Below, piece after piece: positions 50,688 through 62,851 of a DNA stretch of 64,000 nucleotides. Source of the stretch: Chrysomallon squamiferum (Eukaryota > Animalia > Mollusca); NCBI GenBank assembly GCA_012295275.1, contig CM022670.1:4092001-4156000 (forward strand), read 5' to 3'. Both the position numbers and the translations under genes were made by a program. The notes under the pieces were generated by a model. It ran no database searches. It saw only the letters and a program-made list of their open reading frames with translations, and had not been told where the DNA came from. How positions within the stretch are numbered: position 1 is the first letter of the stretch; every line of letters begins with the position of its first letter.

Positions 50688-51789
50688 CTTTCATATTCTT
50701 TATTCAGACTTACCTTTCTGCTTTAATTATTATTATTATTAGTAGTAGTAATAATAATAGAAGTGGTTGTAGTTGTAGTAGTAGGAGTGACAAGTGTGTA
50801 ATAGTGTAGTAGTAGCCGAAGTATTAGTCTGCATTGTAAATCTGTGTGATTGGTTCAAAAAATTAAACAGATGTGTATCATAATATATAAAAAAAACATA
50901 ATTAAACATAAAAACTTAACACACAAATATATTGCATCTTATCAAGCATTTATTCATTTATCATACTGACTGTGTCAACCAGAAAATGAATGCACCTGTT
51001 TTAAAACTTCACTTGAAGCATTTATTTGACTGATGTGCACTGTTGTATGCAGATTATAGTGATATATAGCTTGATAATGAAAATTTGTTATTTCATTTCT
51101 TTCTTTTTTCCTTTCCAGTGTTTGTATGTAAATGTGTGTTACAGAAAATATGTATAATTCCTGAAAATATAACAAAAATGTGTGTAATGTTTGATTCACT
51201 CAGACAGCTGACAGTGCAGTGGCTGCAAGTTGATCATCCTCTGACTGCATTTGATTGACAGTGTCTGGCTTCACACTGATCATCACCCACTCTGGTGACA
51301 AGTCAATGAATTCATTGATTACACATATTTTCAGAAATTATGCATAATTCCTGTAACACACACACTTAGTCTCTTTCTCTTTCCCTTCCTTTCTTTCTCT
51401 TTATATCTCTCAGTATATCTGCATGTGTGTGCATGTGTATGTCTGTTTGTGTATTTATGAGAAAGAACAAGATAGAAAAAGAGAAAAATAATTTTATACA
51501 CACACATAGCAGAGATCATTCATTAAGGTCTGTTTACTAATGATTTTGATTTTGTTTGTAACTGCAGGTGATACCGGACACTATTACTGTGGTATGAAAG
51601 TTCTGTCATGTAGTTGCTGTGATGGTCACTGCGGACCGACCAATGGCTGTAACTGTCCACCATGTCAACGACTCGATAGAGAGGATGCCAACCTGCAGCA
51701 GATTGAGTCAGTTCAACCCAAACCTTCCATTCCCCTTATTGAATCCTGGACATGGGGACAGCAGCCAGGTTAATTCATTGTTGTTATTG

Positions 51790-51824
<35 letters not shown>

Positions 51825-52811
51825 GCAGTTTTACAGTGTAGCATTAGTAGTTATTTTTGTTGTTATATTTATTAATTGTAATGTTGATTGTAACTAAAGT
51901 ATTTATTTTATTATCATCAATATCATTATTACTATTATTATTACTATTACTGTTACATATTACTGTTAATGTTTATCACTTTTAGTAGTAGCAGTGGTAG
52001 GAGGAGTAGTAGTAGTACTAGCAGTAGTTGTAGTAGCAGAAACAGCAGAAGTAGTGGTGGTTGTTCTTGAAGTAGTAATAATAACACTAGTAATATCATC
52101 AAGATAGAAATAGTCATACTAGTAATGCTGTTATTGCTACCATTATTATTGCTGCTCTTGTTTTTGTTGTTGTTATTATTTTAGTATTATGTCAATTAAT
52201 TAACAATAATATATTTTTGAGATTTTAAACTTAAAGAACATAGCAATCATACATCCATTTTTCATCTTTTGAATCATTTTAATAAAAAAACCTACCAAAT
52301 AGTAACAACAATGAAAATAACGAAGAAAATAAATCAACTAACAATTCAGAGTGTTTCTGTAATGAAACATTGAAATTGTTTTCCATATTAAACCATTTTG
52401 ATATTTTACCCCAAATGCACCATAAACTTTAGTAAATTGAAGAACTTTCATGATAACACATTTTTATGATTCTACATTTTTTCCTTTTAAAACTGAAAAA
52501 AGAGAAAGATAAGATAATTTTTATTCATTACATTTAGAAAGAAATTAATTTCTATATCTTGCAGTTTTTTGCTTTTTCATACATAGATTATATTTTTATT
52601 TTATTATATTTATATTTGAGTAATTAATAATGATAATAATAACAGAGCAATCTGAGTATAAATGACATTTAATTTTTTTTTATTTAACATATATGTAGCA
52701 ATATTATTATTACTACAAAATTGTTGCTGGTGTTGTTCTTGTTATTATTATTACTAATATTGTTATTAAACTTATTACTACTACTCCTAGTGCTACTGCT
52801 GCTACTACTAC

Positions 52812-52853
<42 letters not shown>

Positions 52854-53485
52854 CTGTGTGTTTTTTCTTGCTTTCAGATTCAAATAAACTTAAAGAGTGT
52901 CTCCATTCTTTACTGCATGAGCATCAACAGCTTTGCACCCTTTCAGCTTCTACAACGCTGTCAGCGACCAGACTTCACCAGCGCCTGGCTGTTCTTGAAC
53001 GCTACTTTACAGCACTGTGTAGACAGAGTCCATACGAGAAAAGAGCTCCAACAAAAAAGAGACAGGCCAACCAGAGTAATCTCAACAAACAGAAATGGTA
53101 AAATGGCTTTTGTAGATCCAGTTGTTTTTTTAAAAATAATGTAAAAATGAGAATCTTGGATTTAGTCCATTGATAATTTGTGTCCTTACATGAGATGTAG
53201 TATGTTGTGTTTTGAAAAGCTTCATTCTTTGATGTTTGTTGTAACAGTTGCGAATGCATGTAAGTTATCTGAATATCAGATAAATGTATACAGAAATGGA
53301 AATGTGATGTTACATTTTTAAATCCCAGTGGGTTATTGACAACCAAAAAATGTTTAGATAGAATTTCTTTTTTTCAAAATCGAGGTACTAATTTCATAGC
53401 TGAGATGCATTTATACCTTTTTTTTTTTTTTTAGTTATTAGATTTTTATTTGGTAAATATTTTTGTTTTTGAAGTGTGTATTTTG

Positions 53486-53531
<46 letters not shown>

Positions 53532-56500
53532 AAAGATGAGAAAAACAGTCTGATGAATAGTTAAAAATAAATAAATTTATTTTGTGGTGTTTTTCAGCAG
53601 TGCCAACAAGCCCACAGAAAAAGCAACCATGGGTCTGGCCCGGGTGGGGTCCCGGGCAGCTCTGAGTTTTGCTTTTGCTTTTCTCCGCAGAGCGTGGAGG
53701 TCAGGAGAGGATGCCGACCTGTGCAGTGAGTTGCTGCAGGAATCTCTGGATGCCCTGCGCTCACTGCCAGAAGCAACACTGTTTGAAGAGGGGTCTGTGT
53801 CCACAGTGTGGCTTGAAGTCGTAGAGAGAGCAACCAAGTTTCTGCACAATGTTGTTGCAGGGTACGTTTTATGGAATATTCTATGAATTAACAGTGATGA
53901 TTGTAATTGTATTGACACAAGAATATGAAAAATGTTGGTGTATGTGGTTGTGTGTGGGTGTGGGTGTGTACTTTTAGCCCTTGATTTCTCAGACTAATAC
54001 AGGAAAGCACTAGTCTGTAAAATACAAAAGTGAGGTAAGGTTTGAAATGGGAAGTTGCAGTAAGTTCAAATTAGTGATTTTTCTGTATTTGGTCTGGATT
54101 TCCCAAAATATATATATATATATATATAAAAAGTTAGAAAAGAATATTTTCCTTTTGAATAATCTCTTGTCTTTTTCTAACTAAATTTTTTAATGAATCA
54201 GTAATTTTTTTAGTGACCTAAGTGGAAAAGTGGTTCCAGCCAGATTCCAGTACAAGATCAACAAATTGCCCTGGCTCTTTTGGCAGTCCAGTTTGGAACC
54301 CTCAGTCAGATCCTTCCTCTGTGTTGCTTCTATTCCTCTGGAGTAACAGCCACCATGAGAATACTACAGGTTCAGCAGAATCGGCACCACTCATACCCTC
54401 TGAAACGTTTCGAGAACATTCACAACTCAAAGTCACGAGCATTTGAAGTGCCAAAGTGGGATGAGGTAACTCCTGTGTGTTATTTAGATATGTGTCATAA
54501 TGCTGTAAGTCTCAAAAATTTGAATTGTGAGAGTGGGATGAGGTAACTCCTGTGTGTTATTTAGATCTGTGTCATAATGTTCTAAGTCTCAAGAGTTTGA
54601 AATTGGGATCAGATAACCCTGTGTGTTATTTAGATCTGTGTCATAATGCTGTAAGTCTCAAGAATTTGAATTGTGAGAGTGGGATGAGGTAACTCCTGTG
54701 TGTTATTTAGATCTGTGTCATAATGCTCTAAGTCTCAAGAATTTGAATTGTGAGAGTGGGATGAGGTAACTCCTGTGTGTTATTTAGATCTGTGTCATAA
54801 TGCTGTAAGTCTCAATAATTTGAATTGTGAGAGTGGGATGAGGTAACTCCTGTGTGTTATTTAGATCTGTGTCATAATGCTCCAAGTCTCAAGAATTTGA
54901 ATTGTGAGAGTGGGATGAGGCAACTCACAATTTGTTATTTAGCTCTGTATCATAATGCTCTATGTCATGACAATTTGAAATGGCAAAGTTGGATGAAGTA
55001 ACTCACAGTTCATCACATGGATTTGTGTTACAATGCTTTTGTCCTGATACATGCAAAAATAACAATAACAACAACAACAACAATAATAATAATAATAATA
55101 GAAGTTATCCCAGTATAAATGTCTTTAAAAAAAAAAGAGTAAAATAAAAGTAAAAATTATTTGCAGTAATGTTTTGTGGTGTTGCTGATGATTGTAATAC
55201 TATTATCACTCAACATCTTTATCACAAGCCCACAGATTTTGCTGTTTTTCAGATTTGATCATGATGATGATTTCTTTATAATGTATTTAAAAGATGATTT
55301 GAATTTAAAAAATGATTCTGATTAAGGTTGACTGTGTAAATTTCAGTTTTTCTGATATACATTTAGTTTATTTTAATTTGGAACAGGCCTACTTTTACTT
55401 TGTCTTGTTTGTGTTTCAGTCCAACACATACAGTGTGAGCCCCACAGAATGCTTCCTACGTTACCTCACCTACCCAGAGGATGAGAACATGTGTATTGAT
55501 CTGAGACAGAGTGCGGTGGTTGTCATGTCACACCTTGACAGACTGGCCATGCCTTACTTACCTCTCAGTGCTTCTCAGAATGTAAGTTATGAATAATCAC
55601 ATAAACATGCATGCTGCAGAGTGTTTAATTGGAAAACACACACACACACATACACACACTCACATGTGTGCACACATGTACACACAGACAGACAGACAGA
55701 CAGGCAGGCAGACAGACAGACATATACTGAGAACACTAATATATATAAAAAACAGACATAAACACATACACTACATATGTATATATACTTATATTTGTTA
55801 TACATACTTTATACATATTTACTTTGGTTTGAGATAACTATTAAATAACCTGCTATTATTTAAAATTAAAGCAAAGTTAACAAGTGTAAAACAAAATAAT
55901 TTAAAATGTTGAATTGCATGCATTTTATTGTTACATATCATGAATTATTATTATAATGTAAAATGGCATTCGTTAAAAAAATTTCCATTTGAATTGATGT
56001 TGTTTATTTATTTGTTTTTTACTTTATTTATTTATTTATCTTAAATTTTCAGTCTCGCAGATCGACTGTCACACAGGAGGTGTTGGGTTGGGGTTGGCTC
56101 AACTGGTCAGGTGCTCCCAACACAAATGGTCCACACATTCTTGAGTACTTCAATGACCTCGGAGGAATCTGCCAGATCACATCAGCAGAGAGATGTCTGC
56201 TAGCACTGACACGAACAGGACGCATATATGTCATGTATTACAGCTCAGAAACTCAGGTAGATAACAGCTGCTTTTATCTTTAAATAATACAGGAGCAAAC
56301 TTTTTTAAAAGTAACAAAATGAAGATGTATTACAGCATGGAAACTCAGGTAGATAACAGCCACTTTTATCTTTAAATAAGAAAGGACCAAACGTTTATTA
56401 AGAAAAACAAATTGAAGATGAAATTATGAACAGAACATATCAGATGAAAAAAAATATATATATGTGTGTGTATATATATGCACACACATGCGCATGCACA

Positions 56501-59500
56501 CATATGCACATATGCAAAAAAATAAAAATTTGGGATTTATATTAACATTTCTTTTTCTTTCTTTCTTTTTATTTTTTTCATTTTTTTTACCTCATTCCTT
56601 GATGTCCATTATTCGAAGAAATAACAATAATAATATAAAAATATCAAATAAACAATAATAATAAAATTACATTAAAATTTCAGTCTCCACAGCTGGTTAG
56701 TGGTTTCGGTGACAAGGACATTGTGAAGATAGCTGCCCATCCAGACAGCAAACACTTCCTAGCGCTAACCAGCGAGGGTGATGTGTATTCCTGGGGCACA
56801 GGTGACGGTGGTAGACTTGGACATGGTGACTGCATGTGAGTTTTATAGCTAGTCTTTAGTAATGCTTTTGACAGTCAAACAGAAAAAATGTGTTTATATT
56901 TACAAGATAAGTGAGTTAATGATAAACATAAAGGATCAAAAAGAATGAGTAGGTTATTGAGAGAAAGGGAGAATTATAAAAACAAAGTCAGAAAAAATAT
57001 ATTTAAGAAACTGATGTATGTATGTATGTATTTATGTATATATAATTTATTATATGTTTTTCTATTTACTATCTGTTATTTTATTTTCTGTTTTTTGGGG
57101 TTTTTTTTTTTGTCAGTTCAACTGTTTTAAAAACATATAACCTATAAAATGGATGTTACTGATTTTAACTAATGCGTGTTATTTTATTTTATTTTATTTT
57201 GCTTTACTTTTTTATTTTTATTTTCAATTTTATTTTTATGCTGTATTGTGATATGTTTTATTATATTTTACTATATTAATTATATTATACGTTACTCAGA
57301 TCTAGAGATGAGCCCACACTGATCACGGGGATATCTGGTAAACACATCATCCACATCTCCAGTGGCAGCACCTACAGTGCAGCAATCACTGCTGCAGGAG
57401 AACTGTACACGTGGGGACGAGGAAACTACGGCAGACTCGGACACGGCAGCAGTGAGGATGCCAGTACACCGAGTCTCGTCTCCACACTCAAAGGTCATCG
57501 CATCGTTGACGTCGCGTGTGGAAGTGGTGATGCTCAGACAATCGCTGTGTCTGATACCGGTATGTACAATGATAATACTGTTACAGGTATATCAGGTTTC
57601 TTGTGCTGGTTTATTTTAATATTTTTATTTCAATTTGTATTATATAATTTACATAGAGCAGTCATTTTCCTAACTTGTAATGAAATTTTGTCTCTAACTT
57701 TTTCAAATTCTTTTCTATTTGTTATTTTAATTGATATTGTTGCCTTTTTGATCATTATAATGATATTATTATTATTATTATTTCATCATCATCGTCGTCA
57801 TCGTCATTATTATTATATGTATTTTTATTGTTATTATCTCTTATTTTTGGTGCTTTTTTCATTTATTATTTTTATTAATAATTCATGATGATTATCATTT
57901 AATCTGTATTTGTATTTGATTTATTTCTATGTAATTATTATTTGCTGTGACAGGAGCTGTATATTCGTGGGGGGATGGAGACTATGGAAAGCTGGGTAGA
58001 GGAGGTAGTGATGGCTGCAAGACACCTAAAGTGATAGAGAAACTGATGGGCCAGGATGTTGTCAAGGTGTACTGTGGAGCTCAGTTCTGTCTGGCTCTCA
58101 CAAAGTCTGGTGCCTTGTTCACTTGGTAAGTACTTATATACCTTAGTGTACATCCATGATTATATTAGAATAAATGAAATGTCTGAACCATGGATGACAT
58201 TCTCAAGAGAGAAGTAATGTATTTTAGTGAGAAGAGATGTGCATGGTCTCTCTCTTTTTTCTTCTTATATACTAAATCAAATTTGAAAAATATGTTCTTA
58301 CTTGTTAATATTTTGATTTTTTCCAAAAACTGTATAATATAATGACAAAACAGGCAATTAATAAACATCCATTAAATCATACATTATTTAATTATTTTGA
58401 TTATCTCAGGGGTAAGGGAGACAACTTTCGTCTTGGTCACGGGAATGAAGAACACATACGAGAACCCAAACAGGTTGAACGCCTGGCAGGGAAGAAGATC
58501 GTTGATGTGGCTGTGGGATCCATGCACTGCATCGCAGTAACAGAGGATGGGGAGGTCTACTGCTGGGGCAAGAATGAACAGGGGCAGCTAGGAGACAGTA
58601 CAGCAGACTATGTCACTGAACCCTCCATCATGCAGGGTCTTGATGGCAAAAACATCATTGGAGCTTCTTGTGGACCAGCTCAGGTTTGTGATGTCTGGTA
58701 TTCAAAATACATATATATATATATATATTTACATTTTTTTTTTTTTAGATGTAGTATTGTACACTTAAATGTTCCTTTGAATGTTTTCAGGAGGTAATAT
58801 AGGCTTGTATAAACATTATACTATACATTTCTTTACCTCATATTATCTTGTTGTCATTGGGTTAATTTAGTTATTTTTGTCCTTTGTTTATTATTGTCAA
58901 AATAACAACATTTTGTCTATTTTCATGTTTTTGTTCTTTAATTATTATAGTTGTGCCTGTTCATTTTCTTCTTCTTCTTTTTATTATTATTATTATAATA
59001 TCAAATTCCCATCCTATTTTCAGAGCTTTGTCTGGTCATCAAGTGGTCATTGGACAGTTGGAACAAGAGTTCCATTTTGTGTGGACATCTGCAGATCCAC
59101 GTTTGAACATCTTGATGAACTTCTGGGTGAGGTCTATGAGGGTCTGGACGGGCGGAGCGACTGGCCTCCCACCCAGGACAAAGAATGCATTGCTGTTGCT
59201 GCTCTCAACATACTCAATTTACAGGTAAAATACTGCTGTCCATTCATTTCCATTATTATAGTATATTAATATGTATATATCAGTAAGTACATATGCAGTA
59301 CTTTGAGGTTTTTATAAAACGTAATCAAGTAAGCATGTTCATAAATTGTTAATGAACTCTAGATCCAGATATAAATGGGAGCATGTGAAGATTCAGTGAA
59401 CAAGTAAATGGCTAAAATAAACCATAATTTAAATTGTGACATTAAAATAGATTTTAGAAAAAATTTTGATTACAATAAAAAAATTATTGATCTATAGAAG

Positions 59501-62500
59501 AACTAACTCCAGCCTCATCTGAAACATATTCTTTCACCAAAATATTCTTAATGAAGTTAATGCTTAATAATATCTTGGCACAAGACCATACAATGAGAAA
59601 AATTTAAGTGTGTTAATAAATATAATTAAAATATATAAATTAAAACACAGTCTTAATAAAGACATTATAGCAAAGAAATAGGCATTACAATACTGTACAC
59701 ATGATAAAATAATTTATAAATATTATGATGCCACATGTTTAAAAATAACAAAATAGCGTTAAATAAATATGAAATTATGAACAAAAAGTTCATTGAGAAT
59801 ATAAAAAACATTTTTAATTTTGTATTCGTGTAAATATGAATATTTCCTGCTGATTTAAAACATCATAGTTAGAATCTTTATTTGTTTCCTTTCTTTGCCA
59901 GCTGCATGCCTCAGTTTCCCAAGCCGGAAGAAGCTGAATCTCTGGGACTAGGTCCTGGGAGTCCTGTAGCTGCCAGTCTCAAGCAGAAGGTGGTGGCTCT
60001 GGCTAGTAATATTGGTGTTATCAGTACAGTCCAGCTGGCTGCCCAGGCTGCCTTGCAGAGTGGCTGGTCACTGCTTCTGCCCACAGCAGAGGAGCGAGCA
60101 AGAGCCCTGTCTTCATTGCTGTCTGCTGGAAGTAAGTAGCAAATGATACACAGATTAATCTTGATACACAGACAGTTGAATAATCTTGACAAGAATATGT
60201 TTATGAAAATACTGTTTTAAATAACTGTTTATTGAGATATTGCCTTTAAACATTATTTATTAAGATGCTGTATTTGAAAGCTGTATATTAAAATATTGTC
60301 TTTAAAACCTGTTTATAAAGTTATTGTCATAAAAAACTGTTAAGATAGTGTTTTATAAAAGTGGTTTATTAAAATATTGTCTTTAAAAGCTATTTGCAAG
60401 TTTTTTTAATATTTTTTTTTTAAAATTAAGCTAGTTTGTATAGCACATAAATAAACAAATGTTTTTAAAATATATTCCAGGGGTATTTTTTTAGTGATAC
60501 TCTCCTTGATTTATTTTTTGATTTAAAAACAAAAAATATATATATTTTTATTTTCAACTGTTCATGATCTATTTTAAATTAAATTAACATGGCTCCTTTT
60601 TAAAATCTGATAATACTATTTATCCATGGTACTTTTTTAAAATATGTTATCCATGATAACATTTTAAATGTATCGTACATCATTACGAATGAGTAGAATA
60701 AACAAGAACAATAAACACTTTAAAAAAAGATGTTGAATGTGTATTTTATATTTGATTAGCATCAACTCGTGACCTGACAGTAATGAGCTCTGGTCAGAGG
60801 TTTATGACTGACCTGCTGGTCAGCAGCCTGATGGCCGATGGTGGTTTGGAGTCTGCTCTACAGGCTGCTATAAAGAAAGAGATCCAGGAAATTGATGACA
60901 AAAAGGTTTGTTACAAGATGCTATATATGTATAGACATCCACATATACATTGTGAAAAACACAAACCATCCTATGCAGTAGCATAAGATAACTTGTCATA
61001 TGATAGCCCATACTACAGTAATTCTACAAGCTTGTATCGCTTTAATTAACATTAACAAAGGAAATAAATATACATGTGTTTTGAGAGATAAATACATTTA
61101 TATTTTACAACAGATTTTTTTGTTAAATGTTTTCCTTATTTTAGTGTTTTTGAATTTAATGAAATTATTCAAAACATTAATAATTTGATTGTTGTCACAC
61201 ATTTCTTGCTCCGTTAATTTTAGTTTCAATATTAGAGATTTACTTTTTTGTAGTAAATTATTCTATCTGTTATTCATTTAAATTGAGTTTTAATTCATTA
61301 TTGTTTTTTATATATTAATCAGGAGAAGGAGAGTGAGGAAGGAGATGATCAGGACCCTGAGGAAGGCAAACTGGAAGAAGCCACAAACGCTGTGAAAACA
61401 GAACAGACAGCCACAGATATGTCTGCCCTTGGCAGCCAGGCAGACGAGAGCAGAGCAAACATTCCACTGCTGCAGCTCATACAACAACTACTGAGGTAGG
61501 CAAACAATGTTATCAGGCATTACTATATATACTACTGTTACTTTGTTATACAACAAAAAATGAAAAAACTGCCTGCAATTGTTTCAAATTAACCATTAAT
61601 CAGTGTTGTAGCTACTACTAGAGTCATTATTGAATACATCACTTTTATATTTTATACCCCAAAAATTAAAAAAATGGTTCAGAATTTGTTTCAAATTAGT
61701 TAACCATTAAATAAAACACAAACCAAAAGCATTTTATTCCCCCACCCTAAAATTAAAAGATCTTTAAACAGTTTTTTCACCTATTCACACATTAATCATG
61801 TAATTCATTTTATTAATCATATTTGTTGTATTACACTTTAGTTTTTTCCACCCATTGCAAACTCAGTACTAAAATTTCTAATTCACTTTGTCTATACATG
61901 TAACCATATTTTTCTCGTATGTATAAAACAAGTTCATTATTTTTTTTTCACTCAGAAATTCCTCAACTCACACACTTTCAAAGCTACAAGACCTAACAAG
62001 AGACATGGGACAGAAGATAGATTCACATCAAATTGAAGTGTCACCATCTCTGGACCTGTTACTGCAGTTTCAAAGACTTCTCATTTCTAAAATATTCAGC
62101 AAAGAGACAACTGGGATTGCTCGCATTCTCGAAGATAAAGATGATGAAGATCTGTCAAAGCCAACTTCTGAAATTGGTAAAGTATTTTATTTCAGTCTTA
62201 TTTATACCCAGTAGTTACACAAAGATTTTGAAGAAACTACTAAATACTCAAATGTCTTCTACTTACTACTACTTTTTTATCAACTATATATGAACTTTTT
62301 TACTACATTGTGAAAACTCAGGGCAGCCTAAATTTGTATGCTATTTAGTTTATAGACCACTAATAACTATTAACAAGAACTAACAATTATCTGTTTTTCA
62401 GTATAGATATTTTTTATTTCAGAAATTTAAAACTAAGATTAAAGTTACACTCTCTTACCTCAGTATTTTACTTTTTCTTCTAAATGTTGTAATCTTAGAA

Positions 62501-62818
62501 TTTAGCTTACAATGGTTTGTTTATATATATTACTGGTAAAACAAATTTTAAAAATGTATTTTAATTTTTTTTTCTAGGTTTGGAAATGCAAGGAGCTGCC
62601 TCATTACTCAGAAAATACTGCTCTCTGTTGTGTGCTCATGTTGGTGACATCCTGCCTGCTGCTGCAAGCATTGCCAGCAACAGCAACAAACATTTCTCTG
62701 TGGTATCCAAGATCATTGTTAAAGATGTTACTGGTAATTAATTATTTTGTTTATTTATTTATTGCTTTATTATTGTTGTTGTTGTTGTTATTTTCTTGTT
62801 GATTATCTTATCATTATA

Positions 62819-62851
<33 letters not shown>

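Noticed and set aside
53577-53918. Antisense ORFs over HERC2 and SH3D19 exons (also 57292, 59911, 62891, 25004, 19698)
   Set aside because: Shadow ORFs of GC-richer coding exons with no independent evidence.
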